NCBI RefSeq assembly: GCF_963921235.1
Contig: NC_086118.1
Span: 21,516,001 to 21,580,000, forward strand
Length of the DNA stretch: 64,000 nt
Source: Mobula hypostoma
Lineage: Eukaryota
Direction of reading: 5' to 3'
The notes under the pieces are model-generated. The model was not told where the DNA came from. It did no database searches and was given only the letters and a program-made list of their open reading frames with translations. Of the stretch, positions 40,432 through 53,818 are shown piece by piece (the first letter of the stretch is position 1; the number at the start of each line of letters is the position of its first letter). A program made the translations under genes and the position numbers.

Positions 40432-41104
40432 TATATTTTGTGATTATGCCATCTCTCAGCCAGACTATCAAACCTCTCCTTATAAATCGACCCCCCCCAA
40501 CCCAGGCAATGTCCTTCTGAATCTTTTCTGTACCCTCTCCAGCTTAATACTAGCCCTTGTACACTGAGGCAACCAGATATACACAAGCAACCTATATTTT
40601 ACTCTGAGTTAGATAAGCCATAGAAACATTGTGGAAACTGCCTGGGTCTTCTGACTTTGTGGTTCCTCTGTCAGCATCAGGATATGGTCATTGTTCTGCA
40701 CAATTAGCAATCTCAAGAGAGCAGTCAGCGCCAGGGGAAGGCAATATACAGAGTTGGAGCCTGAGGGCATGAGGCAGAGGTCAAGGTAGATAGAGCTAGG
40801 TCAAGAATGCCAGGAGGACAGAGAAGGTCCTAGTCAAATGCAACAAATTTCATCTCCCAGAAAAACTGAAAACATAAGCTGAAGAAGGAGGGATTTACTG
40901 CATAGGCAATAATGTTCTCCCTGAAGGAGAGATAATTTTCACAAGGAGCCTGTTAAATCTAAATACCCTAACTGGACAAAGTTATCCTCTCTGCACTCCA
41001 AGCTTAACTTCAGCAGTGGTTATCAGTGATCAGTCAATTGAGCCATATGACATTCTGTTTTGCACTTTGAACAAATTTCTGATCTTGTTGCTGAAGTGAT
41101 TCAC

Positions 41105-41405
41105 ATAAAACACAGAACATTACAACACTGTACAGACCCTTTGACCCACAATTTCATTTCAACCCTTTAATCTATTATAAGATCAATTTAACCCTTCATT
41201 CCCACATAGCCTCCATTTTTTTAATCATCCATGTGCCTATCTAAGAGTTTCTTAAATTCCCGTAAGGATCTACTCTACCACCACACCTGGTGGGCATTCA
41301 ATGCACACACCACTCTCTGTGTGTGAAAAAAAGACTTACCTTAGACATCCCGCCTATACTTTCCTCCAATCACCTTAAAATTATGTCCCTTCTTATTAGC
41401 CATTT
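41105..41405 (-). mobile_element. CR1 3' fragment
   Basis: Collinear with 830-1120. Confidence 0.75.
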
Positions 41406-42324
41406 CTGTTCATAATTTACAGTACATTAGCCATTCACAACAGCCGTTTCCTATTCTCTGTATTTCACCTTGCCATAACTCGTGAGGAAGTGAAACTCAA
41501 TTCTACAATGAACAATGATTCTCGAACATGGAGGAGACAGCAGGGGCCAAGGTCCTCATGTGGCCCAGGATCTCTTTCCTGGCATTTATCTCACAGATCA
41601 GAATGCAAGATATCTTTCCTTAGATCTGCATAACAATCCCAGTGTTGAACTGAGCCTGAGCCCATGTGGAACATCACTGCATGGTGTAGGCCATTTTAAC
41701 TCTTCCCAATGTATTGTTTGGCAGAGTCCAATTTTGTGTCGGTGTTATCTACAGCATATCATTAGTATACCTAACAGGGAGGAAATCTAATTTCTAAACA
41801 CTGGTATTCTCATTGTGTCAGTAATTTTGAAACCGCATTTTCCATTGAATATAGACTCAAACACACAATAATCCATAATTTCCAATAATTCAACAACTAA
41901 AGGATCATGCAGTAGATTTCAGTATTACATTTGCTTCTTTAATTTTGTTTAAGGTTAAAGATTAATTGATAATGCATTAAATATTGTCCAGTTATTGTGG
42001 AATTATGCCATAAAATATTCCAGCTACATTTTTTTTGGAAGAATCAATAAATTGTCAATGATTGGGATGGTACATGTGATTGATGTACAAGGCTGACTAA
42101 ACACAACGAGTTTCCCACATAATGTTCCATGACTTGAGAACAGTGAGTTCTTCTTGGAATGTGTCCATGATGGTGCCATTAGCCCAATGCAAAAGCTGGG
42201 CTGTGATGTTGGAAACCTGCTAGTTTAGCGTTCCAGCAGGATGTAACTGAGAGAGTGGTTGAATCGAGCTTTCCTCCAATGATCTGTCTAGTTACCATTT
42301 AATCTCATTCCTGTGTGGGCACTA

Positions 42325-43490
42325 AAATCAGAATTAGAGTCTGGTTTATTATCACTGGTATAACATTTATTGCTTTGTGGAAGCAGACATTAAAAATTAC
42401 TTTCAGTTACAATGAAACAGAAAAATAATAGATAGTGCAAAAGTGGAATAATGAACACAAGAGATTCTGCAGATGCTAGAAATCCAGAGTCATATACACA
42501 AGTTGCTGGAGGAACTCATCGGGTCAGGCAGTATCCATTGAACGGAATAAATAGTTGACACTTTGGCCAAGTCTCTTCAACAGGGAGGAGTAATGAAATA
42601 GTTACGCCCTGTTCAGAAATCCGATGTCAGAGTGAAAGAATCTAACCCTGAAACCTTGAGGGTGGCCCTCCCCACCATTGAGCACGTCCACGTGGAGCGT
42701 GGAGCACTGTTTGCAGGAAAGCAGCATCCATCATCAAGAACCCCTACCACCGAGGTCATGCTCTCTTCTCGCTGCTGCCATCAAGAAGAAGGTACAGGAG
42801 CCTCAGGACCCACACCACGACATTCAGGAACAGTTATTACTTCACAACCATCAGGCTCTTGATCCAGAGGGGATAACTTCACTTGCCCCATCACTGAACT
42901 GCTCCCTCAACCTACTGCCTCACTTCCAAGGACTCTACAACTCAATTTCTCAATATTATTTATTTATCGTTATTATTATTTTGTGTTTTTTTTCTAGTTT
43001 TGTATTTGCACAGGTTGTTGTCTTTTGCACATTGATTGTTGCCAGTCCTGTTCAGGGCAGTCATTCATTGATTCGATTGTGTTGCTTGCATTTACTGTGA
43101 ATGCTGCAAGAAAACGAATCCCAGGGTTGTATATGGTGACATATGTTTGTATTTGATAATAAATTTACTTTGAAATTTGAACTTCAGGCTCCCATACCTC
43201 CTCCCTAATGTTAGTAACATTAAGGAAGCATGCCCTGGATGGTGAGGGTCTTTAATTATAGATGCATCTTCTTGAAGCATCACCTTTTACAAATGTCTTC
43301 AGTGGTGAGGAGGATTGTGCCCAGGATACGGCTGGCTAAGCCTATAACCCTTGCAGCCTCTTTTGATCCTGTTCATTGGAACCTCCAGACCAAGTGGAGA
43401 TGCAACCAGTTAGAATGCATTCCATGGACCATTTGTAAAAATGTGTTAGAGTCTTCAGTGACAAACCGCATTTCCTTAAACCTAATGAAG
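42325..43490. mobile_element. Cluster of nested Rex-type 3' fragments on both strands plus a PLE terminal remnant
   Basis: Rex plus-strand piece at 42665-43180 lies inside a minus-strand Rex; PLE tail at 42455-42585. Confidence 0.65.
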
Positions 43491-43534
43491 TGCAAAAGTC
43501 ATTCAATGGTTGAGGTGGCAAGAAGTATTAATTT

Positions 43535-43806
43535 CTCACAGCACAGGAGGCTTTTTGCCCATCGACTGCACTACCTCTCAGAGAAAGCTGATCGATCCCA
43601 CTCCCCTGTATTTCCCTTTAGCCTATGAAGACTCACATATTCATTAGTTCCACTTTGCTTTTCAACCAACCAGCACATCTTCGGCATGTTGGAGAAAACC
43701 AGTGTGGTCATGGAGGGGGAGTGTGAACTCCATACAACAGCACCAGCAGTCAAGATTGGACTCAGGTCACTGGACAGATGAGGCAACAGCATTTCCTGCT
43801 GCATCA
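43535..43806 (-). mobile_element. HE1-like tRNA-derived V-SINE, degenerate
   Basis: Antisense tRNA-like head (B-box-like GAGTCCAATC), V-core-like segment and CR1-type tail. Confidence 0.6.
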
Positions 43807-45558
43807 TTTACTGCCTTTTGAATTCAGGTTGGATGGCGGGCATCCACAAATTGAGGCATCCCTAATTAATCTGCTGAGGCATTGGTTTAGAGTGCATCGC
43901 TGCTGGCTGAATTACCTTCTTGCAAATATTGATCAAAGTAACAAAATAAACTCTTAATGTCGGGATAAGATATAGGGAAATAGAAGAGAATGAAGATCTT
44001 ATTTACAAGGTTTCATGTGGAAATGCAAACAATATGGAAAGAAGTATAGGAGTGAATAACTTAGTGTCGCACAGGGATTTATTCTGAACTTTTAGCACAA
44101 TGAACCAATCTCTCTTTGGCCAACTCATGTATACTGGATCAGAATCAAACTCAGTAAATCTGCTGAAAGAAAATGAGAATTGCATATCCTGCCAAAAAAC
44201 TAAGTTTGTTCATGTGATCAAGAATTAGGAGGGTGCAGTAAAAGCTCTCTTGCGAAGTGATCTCACCTTTAGTACATATTCATTTGTTATACAATATTTT
44301 TTTCTGATGTTGCTTACTAGTCTAGTTCACATATCAGCTTCTTAGGGTTTATTCTTAGATTATGGTAGATTCCAATCTAAGTAATTAGGCAATCATTAAT
44401 ACAGCAAAATTAATTGGCAAAATTTCTGAATCGACAGTCGGAGCATTAAAAGGTCTATAAAGGATAATTCAGATGCAGCACAAACCTTACAAGGTGAAAG
44501 CAAAGCCTCTTAGATGTACTTTAAGTTTAACTTTCAGGACAGTTGACATCTTAACTCAAACTTCTGTGATTAAAAACTTAATTCTGTATGATATAGTTTG
44601 AACTTTTGCGTTTGAAGCACAATGGTGAAAACATTTAGAAATAAATGATTACATCAGAAATTATGACTGGTTCCTATATTTCCAAATACTCAAAGTTTTT
44701 ATTACTTGTAAAGTAATTCTAAATCAAAGTATTTAGCCCTGATTGCATCGATTGGCTTTTTGCTTTTTTCAAAATAAGAAAAAAACTCGACTTTTAGTTA
44801 AACTGGATGACAGCCTAAACTGTGACACACCATTAAAATTTCTGATATCTTGCCATGAGAATTTATGGTAAATATTCAGTCAAATTAGAAGGAGCAAATT
44901 GGAAAGGCTTGTCAAAAGGGCAATGTTATGATAGTCATGGGAGATTTCAATATACAAGTATATTGGGAAAATCAGGTCGGTGCTGGATTCCAAGAGAGGG
45001 AATTTCTAGAGTGCCCATGAAATGGGTTTTTAGAGCAGCTCGTGGTTGAGCCCATTGGGGAATCAGCCCTTCTGGATTAGGTGTTGTGCAATGAATCGGA
45101 ATTGATTAGAGACCTTAAGGTAAATGAACCCTTAGGGAGCAGAGATCATAATATGATAGAATTCACCTTTCAGTTTGAGAGGGAAAAGCTAAAGTCAGAT
45201 ATATCAGTATTACAGTGAAATAAAGAGACCTACAGAGGCATGAGAGAGGGTCTGGCCAAAGTTGATTGGAAGGGGACACTGGGAGGGATGACACTAGAGT
45301 AGCAATAGCTGGAACTTCTGGAAGCAATTTGAAAGGCGCAGGATAGATACATTTCTCTGAAGGCAAGATGATGCAACTGTGGCTGACAATGGAAGTCAAA
45401 GCCAACATAAAAGCCAAAGAGAGGACACATGACAAAGCAAAAAATAGTGGGATGTTTGAGGATTGGGGAAGCTTTTAAAAACCAACAGAAGTCAACTAAA
45501 GAGTCATAAAGAGGGAAAAGATGGAACATGAAGGTAAGCTAGCCAATAATAGTAAAGA

Positions 45559-46036
45559 AGGTCAGGTCAGCTCACTCGTCTGAGCGCTACTGGTCCCATG
45601 TAACCCAGTACTACCTGTCACATATTTGGGTGGTTAGTGACTAAACCGGCACCCCCACCAGGCTTGCCTGGTGAGGAGGGTGGCTAGACACCCTGTAGGA
45701 TGAAAAACAAGACCTGTCAAAGGGCAGATGAACCCTCTCGTAGGGTCAATGGCCATCTAGCAAACATGTGCCGTGAAGCGCGGAAAGGGCATCCCTTGCA
45801 TCGAAGCTTGGTCTGGCCATTCACTGCAACAGAGCTTCCCCCAGCCGTCTTGGACCCCACCATGCCACTGGATCCGGGAGGGGATGTCGAGAGGGTGGGT
45901 CTGGACCTGTGCAGCCCCCTACTCACCTAAAATCCATTCACGCACGCACTGTTCCTTTCTGAGGAGTGGGGTACCACCCCACCAACTGACTGAAAGGAAC
46001 CATCATCATCCTATGGGATGGATCACCAGAGAGAGG
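45559..46036 (+). mobile_element. Non-coding short retroposon of about 480 bp (possibly RTE/RTEX-dependent)
   Basis: Perfect 10-bp TSD ATAGTAAAGA at 45549-45558 and 46037-46046; ends CACCAGAGAGAGG; no credible ORF. Confidence 0.7.
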
Positions 46037-46276
46037 ATAGTAAAGAGGATACCAAAAGTTTCTTCAGATATATAGACTAAAAGAGAGGTGAGAGTAGATA
46101 TCGGACCGCTGGAAAATGACACTGAAGAGGTAGTAATGGGGGATAAGGAAATAGTGGACAAACTAAGTAAGTATTTTGTATCAGTCTTCACTGTGGAAGG
46201 CACTAGCAGTAGGGATGATTGGCAGGAGGCACAGATGGGAATAAAGGGAGTCCTTTCTAGTTGGCTTCTGGTGACT

Positions 46277-47010
46277 TAGACTAAGGAGCTGGTGGTAGAC
46301 CTGAGGAGAGCTAAGGTACCGTGACCCCTGTTTCCATCCAGGGGGTCAGGATGGACATGGTGGAGGATTACAAATACCTGGGGATACGAATTGACAATAA
46401 ACTGGACTGGTCAAAGAACACTGAGGCTGTCTACAAGAAGGGTCAGAGCCGTCTCTATTTCCTGAGGAGACTGAGGTCCTTTAACATCTGCCGGATGATG
46501 CTGAGGATGTTTTACGAGTCTGTGGTGGGCAGTGCGATCATGTTTGCTGTTGTGTGCTGAGGCAGCAGGCTGAGGGTAGCAAACACCAACAGAATCAACA
46601 AACTCATTCGTAAGGCCAGTGATGTTGTGGGGATGGAACTGGACTCTCTTACGGTGGTGTCTGAAAAGAGGATGCTGTCCAAGTTGCATGCCATCTTGGA
46701 CAATGTCTCCCATCCACTACATAATGTACTGGTTGGGCACAGGAGTACATTCAGTCAGAGACTCATTCCACCGAGATGCAACACAGAGCGTCATAGGAAG
46801 TCATTCCTGCCTGTGGCCATCAAACTTTACAACTCCTCCCTTGGAGGATCAGACACCCTGAGCCAATAGATTGGTCCTGGACTTATTTCCTGGCATAATT
46901 TACATATTACTATTTAACTATTTATGGTTTTATTACTATTTATTATTTATGGTGCAACTGTAACAAAAACCAATTTCCCCCGGGATCAATAAAGTATGAC
47001 TATGACTATA
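46277..47010 (+). mobile_element. Rex1/Babar-type LINE 3' fragment
   Basis: Peptides YKYLGIRIDNKLDW, RLYFLRRLRSF, TERHRKSFLPVAIKLYN; (TATGAC)n tail. Confidence 0.9.
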
Positions 47011-47983
47011 GTAGTGCTCCATACGGATCTGTGTTGGGACCACTCCTTTTTACATTAAATGTCAATGATTTGGATGTGGAATTGATGGCTTTCTGACAAA
47101 GTTTTCAGATGATACGAAGAAGGGCTGGTAGTGTTGAGGAAACAGGGAGGCTGCAGAATTACTTAGACAGATTAGGAATGGACAAAGAAATGGCAGATGA
47201 AATACAGTGTTGGGACATGTATGGTCATGTACTTTGGTAGAAGAAATGAAAGGGTTGACTATTTTCTAAACTTGGGAGTCCTTGTGCAGGATTCCCTAAA
47301 GATTACTTTGCAGGTTGAGTCGGTGGTGAGGAAGGCAAATGCAATGTTAGCATTCTTTTCAAAATGACTAGAATATAAAAGCAAGTATGTAACACTAAGG
47401 CCTTATAAGGCATTGGTAAGGTTTCATGGAGTATTATCAACATTTTTGGGCCCATTATCAAAGAAAGGGCATTGGAGACATTGGAGAGGGTTCAGAGAAG
47501 GTTCACGAGAATGATTCAGTAATGAAAGGGTTACCATATGAGGACCATATGATGGCTTTGGGCTAGTACTCACTGGAATTCTTAAGAGGGCGTCTCTCAA
47601 TGAAACTGATCCAATGTTGACAGAGTTGGTCTGGAGGGGATATCTCCTATGTTGGGAGAATCTATGGTCAAAGGGCACAGCCTCAGAATAGAGGGGTGTC
47701 CTTTAGAATGGAGATGAGGAGGAATTTCTTTATCCAGACAGTGAAGAATCTGTGGAATTTGTTGCCACAGGCGGCTGCGGAGGCAAAGTCATTGGGCATA
47801 TATAAGACAGAGGTTAATATGTTCTTGATTAGTCATGGTATGAAGGGTCGGGGGAGAAGGCAGAAGATTTGGGGCTGAGAGGGAAATGGATCAGACATGA
47901 TGAAATGGCAGAGCAGGCTCAAATGGCCTAATTCTGCCGTCTTATGGTCCTATGGTCTAAAATCAGATATATGTAAAAATGCC

Positions 47984-49714
47984 AGCAACATACATCAAAG
48001 TTGCTGGTGAACGCAGCAGGCCAGGCAGCATCTATAGGAAGAGGCGCAGTCGACGTTTCAGGCCGAGACCCTTCGTCAGGACTAACTGAAGGAAGAGTGA
48101 GTAAGGGATTTGAAAGCTGGAGGGGGAGGGGGAGATGCAAAATGATAGGAGAAGACAGGAGGGGGAGGGATGGAGCCGAGAGCTGGACAGGTGATAGGCA
48201 GAAGGGGATACAAGAGGATCATGGGACAGGAGGTCCGGGAAGAAAGACGGGGGGGGGTGACCCAGAGGATGGGCAAGAGGTATATTCAGAGGGACAGAGG
48301 GAGAAAAAGGAGAGTGAGAGAAAGAATGTGTGCATTAAAAAGAGTAACAGATGGGGTACGAGGGGGAGGTGGGGCCTAGCGGAAGTTAGAGAAGTCAATG
48401 TTCATGCCATCAGGTTGGAGGCTACCCATACGGAATATAAGGTGTTGTTCCTCCAACCTGAGTGTGGCTTCATCTTTACAGTAGAGGAGGCCGTGGATAG
48501 ACATGTCAGAATGGGAATGGGATGTGGAATTAAAATGTGTGGCCACTGGGAGATCCTGCTTTCTCTGGCGGACAGAGCGTAGATGTTCAGCAAAGCGGTC
48601 TCCCAGTCTGTGTCGGGTCTCACCAATATATAAAAGGCCACATCGGGAGCACCGGACGCAGTATATCACCCCAGTCGACTCACAGGTGAAGTGATGCCTC
48701 ACCTGGAAGGACTGTTTGGGGCCCTGAATGGTGGTAAGGGAGGAAGTGTAAGGGCATGTGTAGCACTTGTTCCGCTTACACGGATAAGTGCCAGGAGGGA
48801 GATCAGTGGGGAGGGATGGGGGGGACGAATGGACAAGGGAGTTGTGTAGGGAGCGATCCCTGCGGAATGCAGAGAGAGGGGGGAGGGAAAGATATGCTTA
48901 GTGGTGGGATCCCGTTGGAGGTGGCGGAAGTTACGGAGAATAATATGTTGGACCTGGAGGCTGGTGGGGTGGTAGGTGAGGACCAGGGGAACCCTATTCC
49001 TAGTGGGGTGGTGGGAAGATGGAGTGAGAGCAGATGTACGTGAAATGGGGGAGATGCGTTTAAGAGCAGAGTTGATAGTGGAGGAAGGGAAGCCCCTTTC
49101 TTTAAAAAATGAAGACATCTCCCTCGTCCTAGAATGAAAAGCCTCATCCTGAGAGCAGATGCGGCGGAGACGGAGGAATTGCGAGAAGGGGATGGCGTTT
49201 TTGCAAGAGACAGGGTGAGAAGAGGAATAGTCCAGATAGTTGTGAGAGTCAGTAGGTTTATAGTAGACATCAGTGGATAAGCTGTCTCCAGAGACAGAGA
49301 CAGAAAGATCTAGAAAGGGGAGGGAGGTGTCAGAAATGGACCAGGTAAACTTGAGGGCAGGGTGAAAGTTGGAGGCAAAGTTAATAAAGTCAACGAGTTC
49401 TGCATGCGTGCAGGAAGCAGCGCCAATGCAGTCGTCGATGTAGCGAAGGAAAAGTGGGGGTCAGATACCAGAATAGGCACGGAACATAGATTGTTCCACA
49501 AACCCAACGAAAAGGCAGGCATAGCTAGGACCCATACGGGTGCCCATAGCTACACCTTTAGTTTGGAGGAAATGGGAGGAGCAAAAGGAGAAATTATTAA
49601 GAGTAAGGACTAATTCTGCTAGACGGAGCAGAGTGGTGGTAGAGGGGAACTGATTAGGTCTGGAATCCAAAAAGAAGCGTAGAGCTTTGAGACCTTCCTG
49701 ATGGGGGATGGAAA
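47984..49714 (-). mobile_element. Penelope-like element, 5'-truncated RT plus GIY-YIG plus terminal region
   Basis: Peptides FLQTKGVAMGTRMGPSYACLF, LRYIDD, GVIYCVRCSRCGLLYIGET; few frameshifts; perfect 13-bp TSD ATGTAAAAATGCC at 47971-47983 and 49715-49727. Confidence 0.93.
48047..48083 (-). ncRNA. Minimal hammerhead ribozyme (PLE type)
   Basis: Minus strand reads AGTC-CTGACGA-AGGGTCTCGGCCT-GAAAC-GTC-GACTG. Confidence 0.82.
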
Positions 49715-50259
49715 ATGTAAAAATGCCGTTGATTTTATAGTTCATTTGTTTGTTTTTGTTTGTATTAACCTGAAAATAATGATTTTATTGCACTACGTCT
49801 TTCATGTCCACATTGAAATCCTCTCTTCTTTGTCTTTAAGAATGCCAGTTCAATAATTAATACTTTTTAAAACAGCAGCAAAAAGATTTTGGTTCAAAAT
49901 TGTTCGAGATCTCTTGATCACAAAACTCGTAATTTCATTTTGTTATATATTAATCTGCAGGTAAGGAATATTTGTCAAGTTTTTCCCGGTGCCTTTACGG
50001 GATAGGATTTTAAATATAAAGGGACAAAATCTACTCAGTGAAATTCATTTAACTATACAGCAAGTCTTTACCAGCTCCCTGCATATGTTTCATGTACAGC
50101 CGTATTTTAGCAATAATCTCCCAATTGCAAAGCACCACTTGGTTATAAGCAATAAAAAAATACATAAATAAAAAGAATGAAAAACTTACAATTTGGCAGT
50201 TTTGATACTTGCACGAACATAATGAGATGATTTTGGTTGTAAATTAGAGATCCTCTTAC

Positions 50260-50610
50260 TGCTTTCTAGACTGAACCCAGGCTGACATTTCAGTGGAGTA
50301 GAGGATCTGATGTGTTGTCAGTGGTGTTGCTTCTTGGATGATGTGCTTCAATGAGTACTCATCCAAGTGCAAAATATCCAAAGGCAATACTTTAACAAAC
50401 CCTAAGTTTTTTTTTCTAGTGTCCAGGCCAATAGTTATCATTCACTCAATATTACCAGCAGTCTGAATATTTGGTCATCAGCAAATTGCTACTGGCAGGA
50501 GATTGTTGTGTGCAAATTGGCAGCCACAAATGTTTGCACTTGAGAAATGCTTCACAGTGGTAAAGTGTTCTGAGATATTCTGAAGAGGTCAAGAAAGATG
50601 TGACATCAAT
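50260..50610 (+). mobile_element. Deu-domain SINE (SacSINE1/AmnSINE1-like), old
   Basis: Motifs in the expected order: AGGCTGACATTTCAGTG, GTGTCCAGGCCAATA, TGGTCAT, TGTGTGCAAATTGGC.GCC. Confidence 0.65.
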
Positions 50611-50639
50611 GATTTTACTTTCAAATGTGCTCTGTAACT

Positions 50640-51372
50640 GCATGAGTTATGAAGAACGCATGGCAGTGCCTCTACTTCCTTAGAGGTTCGTAAAGATTCA
50701 CCATGGTTTGGGTGAGATGCATCCTTGATAATGCTTTTCGCCCTGCCCAGGCAGCGTTTATGGTAGATGTTCTCAACGGTGGGCAATTGGGTGCCGATAA
50801 TCCACTGGGCAGTTTTCACCACACGCTGGAGTGCTTCACACTGACATGCAGTTGGTGAGTATGCTCTCAATGGTACAGCGGTAAAAGTCCATCAGTATCC
50901 TGGGACAGAGTGAGCTTTCTTGATGCTCCGCAGGAAATAAAAGCGCTTTGCGCCTTTTTGATCAGGATGGAGGAGTTCAAGGACCAGGTGAGATCCTTGG
51001 AAATGAGGACACCAAGGAATTTGAGCTTGATGCATGCTCCACTACAGCTCTGTTGATGTAGATGGGCACGTGAGTGTGGCTCCTAGCATGCCTGAAGTCC
51101 ACAATGATCTCCTTGGTCTTCTGGGTGTTAAGGGCCAGGTTGTTGTCAGCACACCACGTGGCCCGGTGCTGAACCTCGTCCCTGTAGGCTGTCTCGTCAT
51201 CCCCTCTGATCAGCGAACCACCGTGATGTCATCTGCAAATTTCATTATGGAGTTAGAACCATGTACAGGAACGCAGTCATAGGTGAAAAGGGAGCACAGA
51301 AGGGGGCTCAGCACACAGCTTTGAGGCATGCCGGTGTTTAGGGTGAGAGTGGAGGAGGAGACGTTGTCTATC
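50640..51372 (-). mobile_element. Decayed Rex1/Babar-type LINE fragment
   Basis: Remnants NTGMPQSCVLSP, KFADDITVV, SIIKDASHPNHG. Confidence 0.8.
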
Positions 51373-51499
51373 TCTTGGCCATGTCTTTATCCAGCTCACC
51401 CAGGTGGGAACAGTATACTTGAAGATTATCATCTGGTATCCTTTCTTTCTGTTCCAACTCAGAGAGGCCCAGAAATCAGAAAGGGTTGCGACAGCTAAT

Positions 51500-52682
51500 A
51501 TTACACTGAAATATAGTTAACTTGGACAGAAGTACAGAGCAGACTGATTTGACTTTAATAAGATTCACATCATTTCCTTGCAGTTAAAGATTGATTTAAT
51601 TAAACTTGGCAAATAATTCTGACAAAGAAGCAATGTCATGCCTAATATTCTTGAGTTGATTCCTGAATGAAGGATTCGAGTCTTCAAAGAATTTTCTGTT
51701 TCAAAAAGTGTATAAAAGCATCTAAGCCAGTTTTCTTTTGACAGCCATCTGATTTCTGTGTGCAACAGCAAACATTCAGACAATTCGTAATTCTCAATGC
51801 CGAGCTATTGCAATGGTTGAGAATTGAGAGCATGGGAACTGGTTTTACTCTACTGCTGTGATAACTGTATTTAATGATTGATGCAGTCGATCACATAGGG
51901 TTTTTTACAACAAGATGTTGTCTATGAGTTACACAGCGAATGGTAAGTTTGCTAGCTACAGCTTTTTAAAGAAAGTAATAACTCCACGTGACATCCTGTC
52001 ATTGATGTTGCCCCAGCTGTTGCACAACCAAAAACGTAGGTGAGTGGAATGTCTTTCGTTTTGAAAAGTTTCTCAACAATCTGAAATATTGACTCTCCCT
52101 TTGTATCTGCAATCAATAAGGGGGAAAGTTATGACATCATCATAGCTCAGGCAAAACCTGACTCTCTGCCTGAAGGGACGTAAAGTGGGACGGTGATATC
52201 TTGATTTGGACGTGGGCTAGAGACATGCGGTCAGGACCATTTGAAAAGGCAGATTCTGAACTTTACCCCATTGAATGTCGTACCTTAATTCATAGGAACT
52301 GCATCACCGTGTGACTGAAGTATGAGATTGTACTAACACTGTACTACAGTATGAACAGCAATAATGCACAGGCCAGGTCTAGAAAAAACACTATTTCCTC
52401 AGCCGACATTTCTCATGACATGCTAAATACAGTAAGATCACATTGCTTTTCAACAACTAACATGCTTCGAGCACAGTCTAACAGAATGATGGATTAGCAA
52501 GCAATGAGATCATTGTAATCAATTATGAGGCACTGATGATCAAATGCTTATAATAAGGGAAATTCATTTCTTATATTAAGCCTGTAATCCCTCAGCTGCC
52601 CCCCCGCTACTGAGCACACCCCCACCGACATCTTTATCACCTTAGAAATTCCCACTGCCCGCAGGGCTTGATATCACCACTG
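51500..52682 (-). mobile_element. hAT Charlie/Buster-type transposon remnant
   Basis: Peptide LLLHTEIRWLSK; CATAGATSMTG (cf. CTDGAPSMTG); right terminus CACCACTG followed by the hAT-like target CTCTAGAG; left end not found. Confidence 0.75.
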
Positions 52683-53818
52683 CTCTAGAGTAACGATGGG
52701 AGTATGGAGAGACCAGTGTAACTTCAGGGACACTACACATTTTGGTACTCATTGTTTGAGAACTAATGATGGTAGTCCATAAAATTTGGGGCAGTTGTGG
52801 TAGGTAAGGAATGGGAAATATTTACTTATGGTGGATTGGAACTCTTTTCTGTTTCAAAATGCATTCTAAATTCAGCACCAATAATTTTTTTGGATGAAGG
52901 CTAGATGTCTTCCCAGTGATGCTCCCTCTACATTACAACACCTGCAGCATTTTTCCTGCACTTACTTTTGCAAGGCAATGTACTTTTGAATAGTCTTGAA
53001 TGGTATTTGAGATAATTAAGAATGTCATATGATATGAAAATGTTAAGAATATGAGAATACTTACTGACAATTTGTGGAGTATATTGTTCCCAGCCACCAA
53101 TAAAAAAATCTTTGCTGATTAATTCTTTCTCTAAAGGCATGTTGATCTATAAATATTCACCAGGAAAGTTGCAGCATCTTATAGAACTGATGGTGTCCTC
53201 AGTGAGGTGATCATATGGGACTGTAATAAGGATTTGTTATATAGATGATTCTGTATTTGCCGATTTTTGCAGGTTAGACCATCTACTCAGTTGTGACCCG
53301 TCTCATTATGCACCAGTGGCCCAAATCGTTCAGGGAAATGATGGCATTTCTGCACAGGAAACAGCTAACATTGCCCTTTGCAACTGTGGGTTCAGGACTC
53401 CAAGATAACATTGACATTCTAAAGTGCCGATCATCAGGAGGTACTTGAATATACGTAAAATTCAGCGTGGATCACAAACTTCAACAGATTTTCCAGCAGG
53501 TACACAGGGAAATCTATCTGCTGAGCCTGAACCAGGTCATAGCAGGCAGAGGAACTGTGTAGCCATTTATGGAATGGATAACAGTTATGAGCAAGGTGAC
53601 TAAGCCAATTTACATCTTTTTTTTATTTGTTTGAGTTACTCTTAATATGTGTGATTAATTAGGACAAGGGAAGACTTCTTCATACTTCTTTCCATTGCAA
53701 AAGCAAAGTCCATTGCTGAGGCTGAGAAGGGAATGCGCTCTTCATGAACTCTCATAGATCAGAAATAGATGTCACATGTATTCTAAACACTCTCAGAAAC
53801 TTTTGCACTTACTGATAC

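Larger units (their letters stand above)
44880..47958 (+). mobile_element. Decayed, internally deleted CR1 ORF2 with two nested insertions
   Basis: APE remnants (IVMGDF, EPLGSRDHNMIEF), RT remnants (GSVLGPLLF, KFSDDTK) and a 3' tail (TTATGGTC)n. Confidence 0.85.

Noticed and set aside
45559..45640. HDV-like ribozyme called as a feature
   Set aside because: Could not assemble the nested double pseudoknot by eye; kept only as a suggested test.
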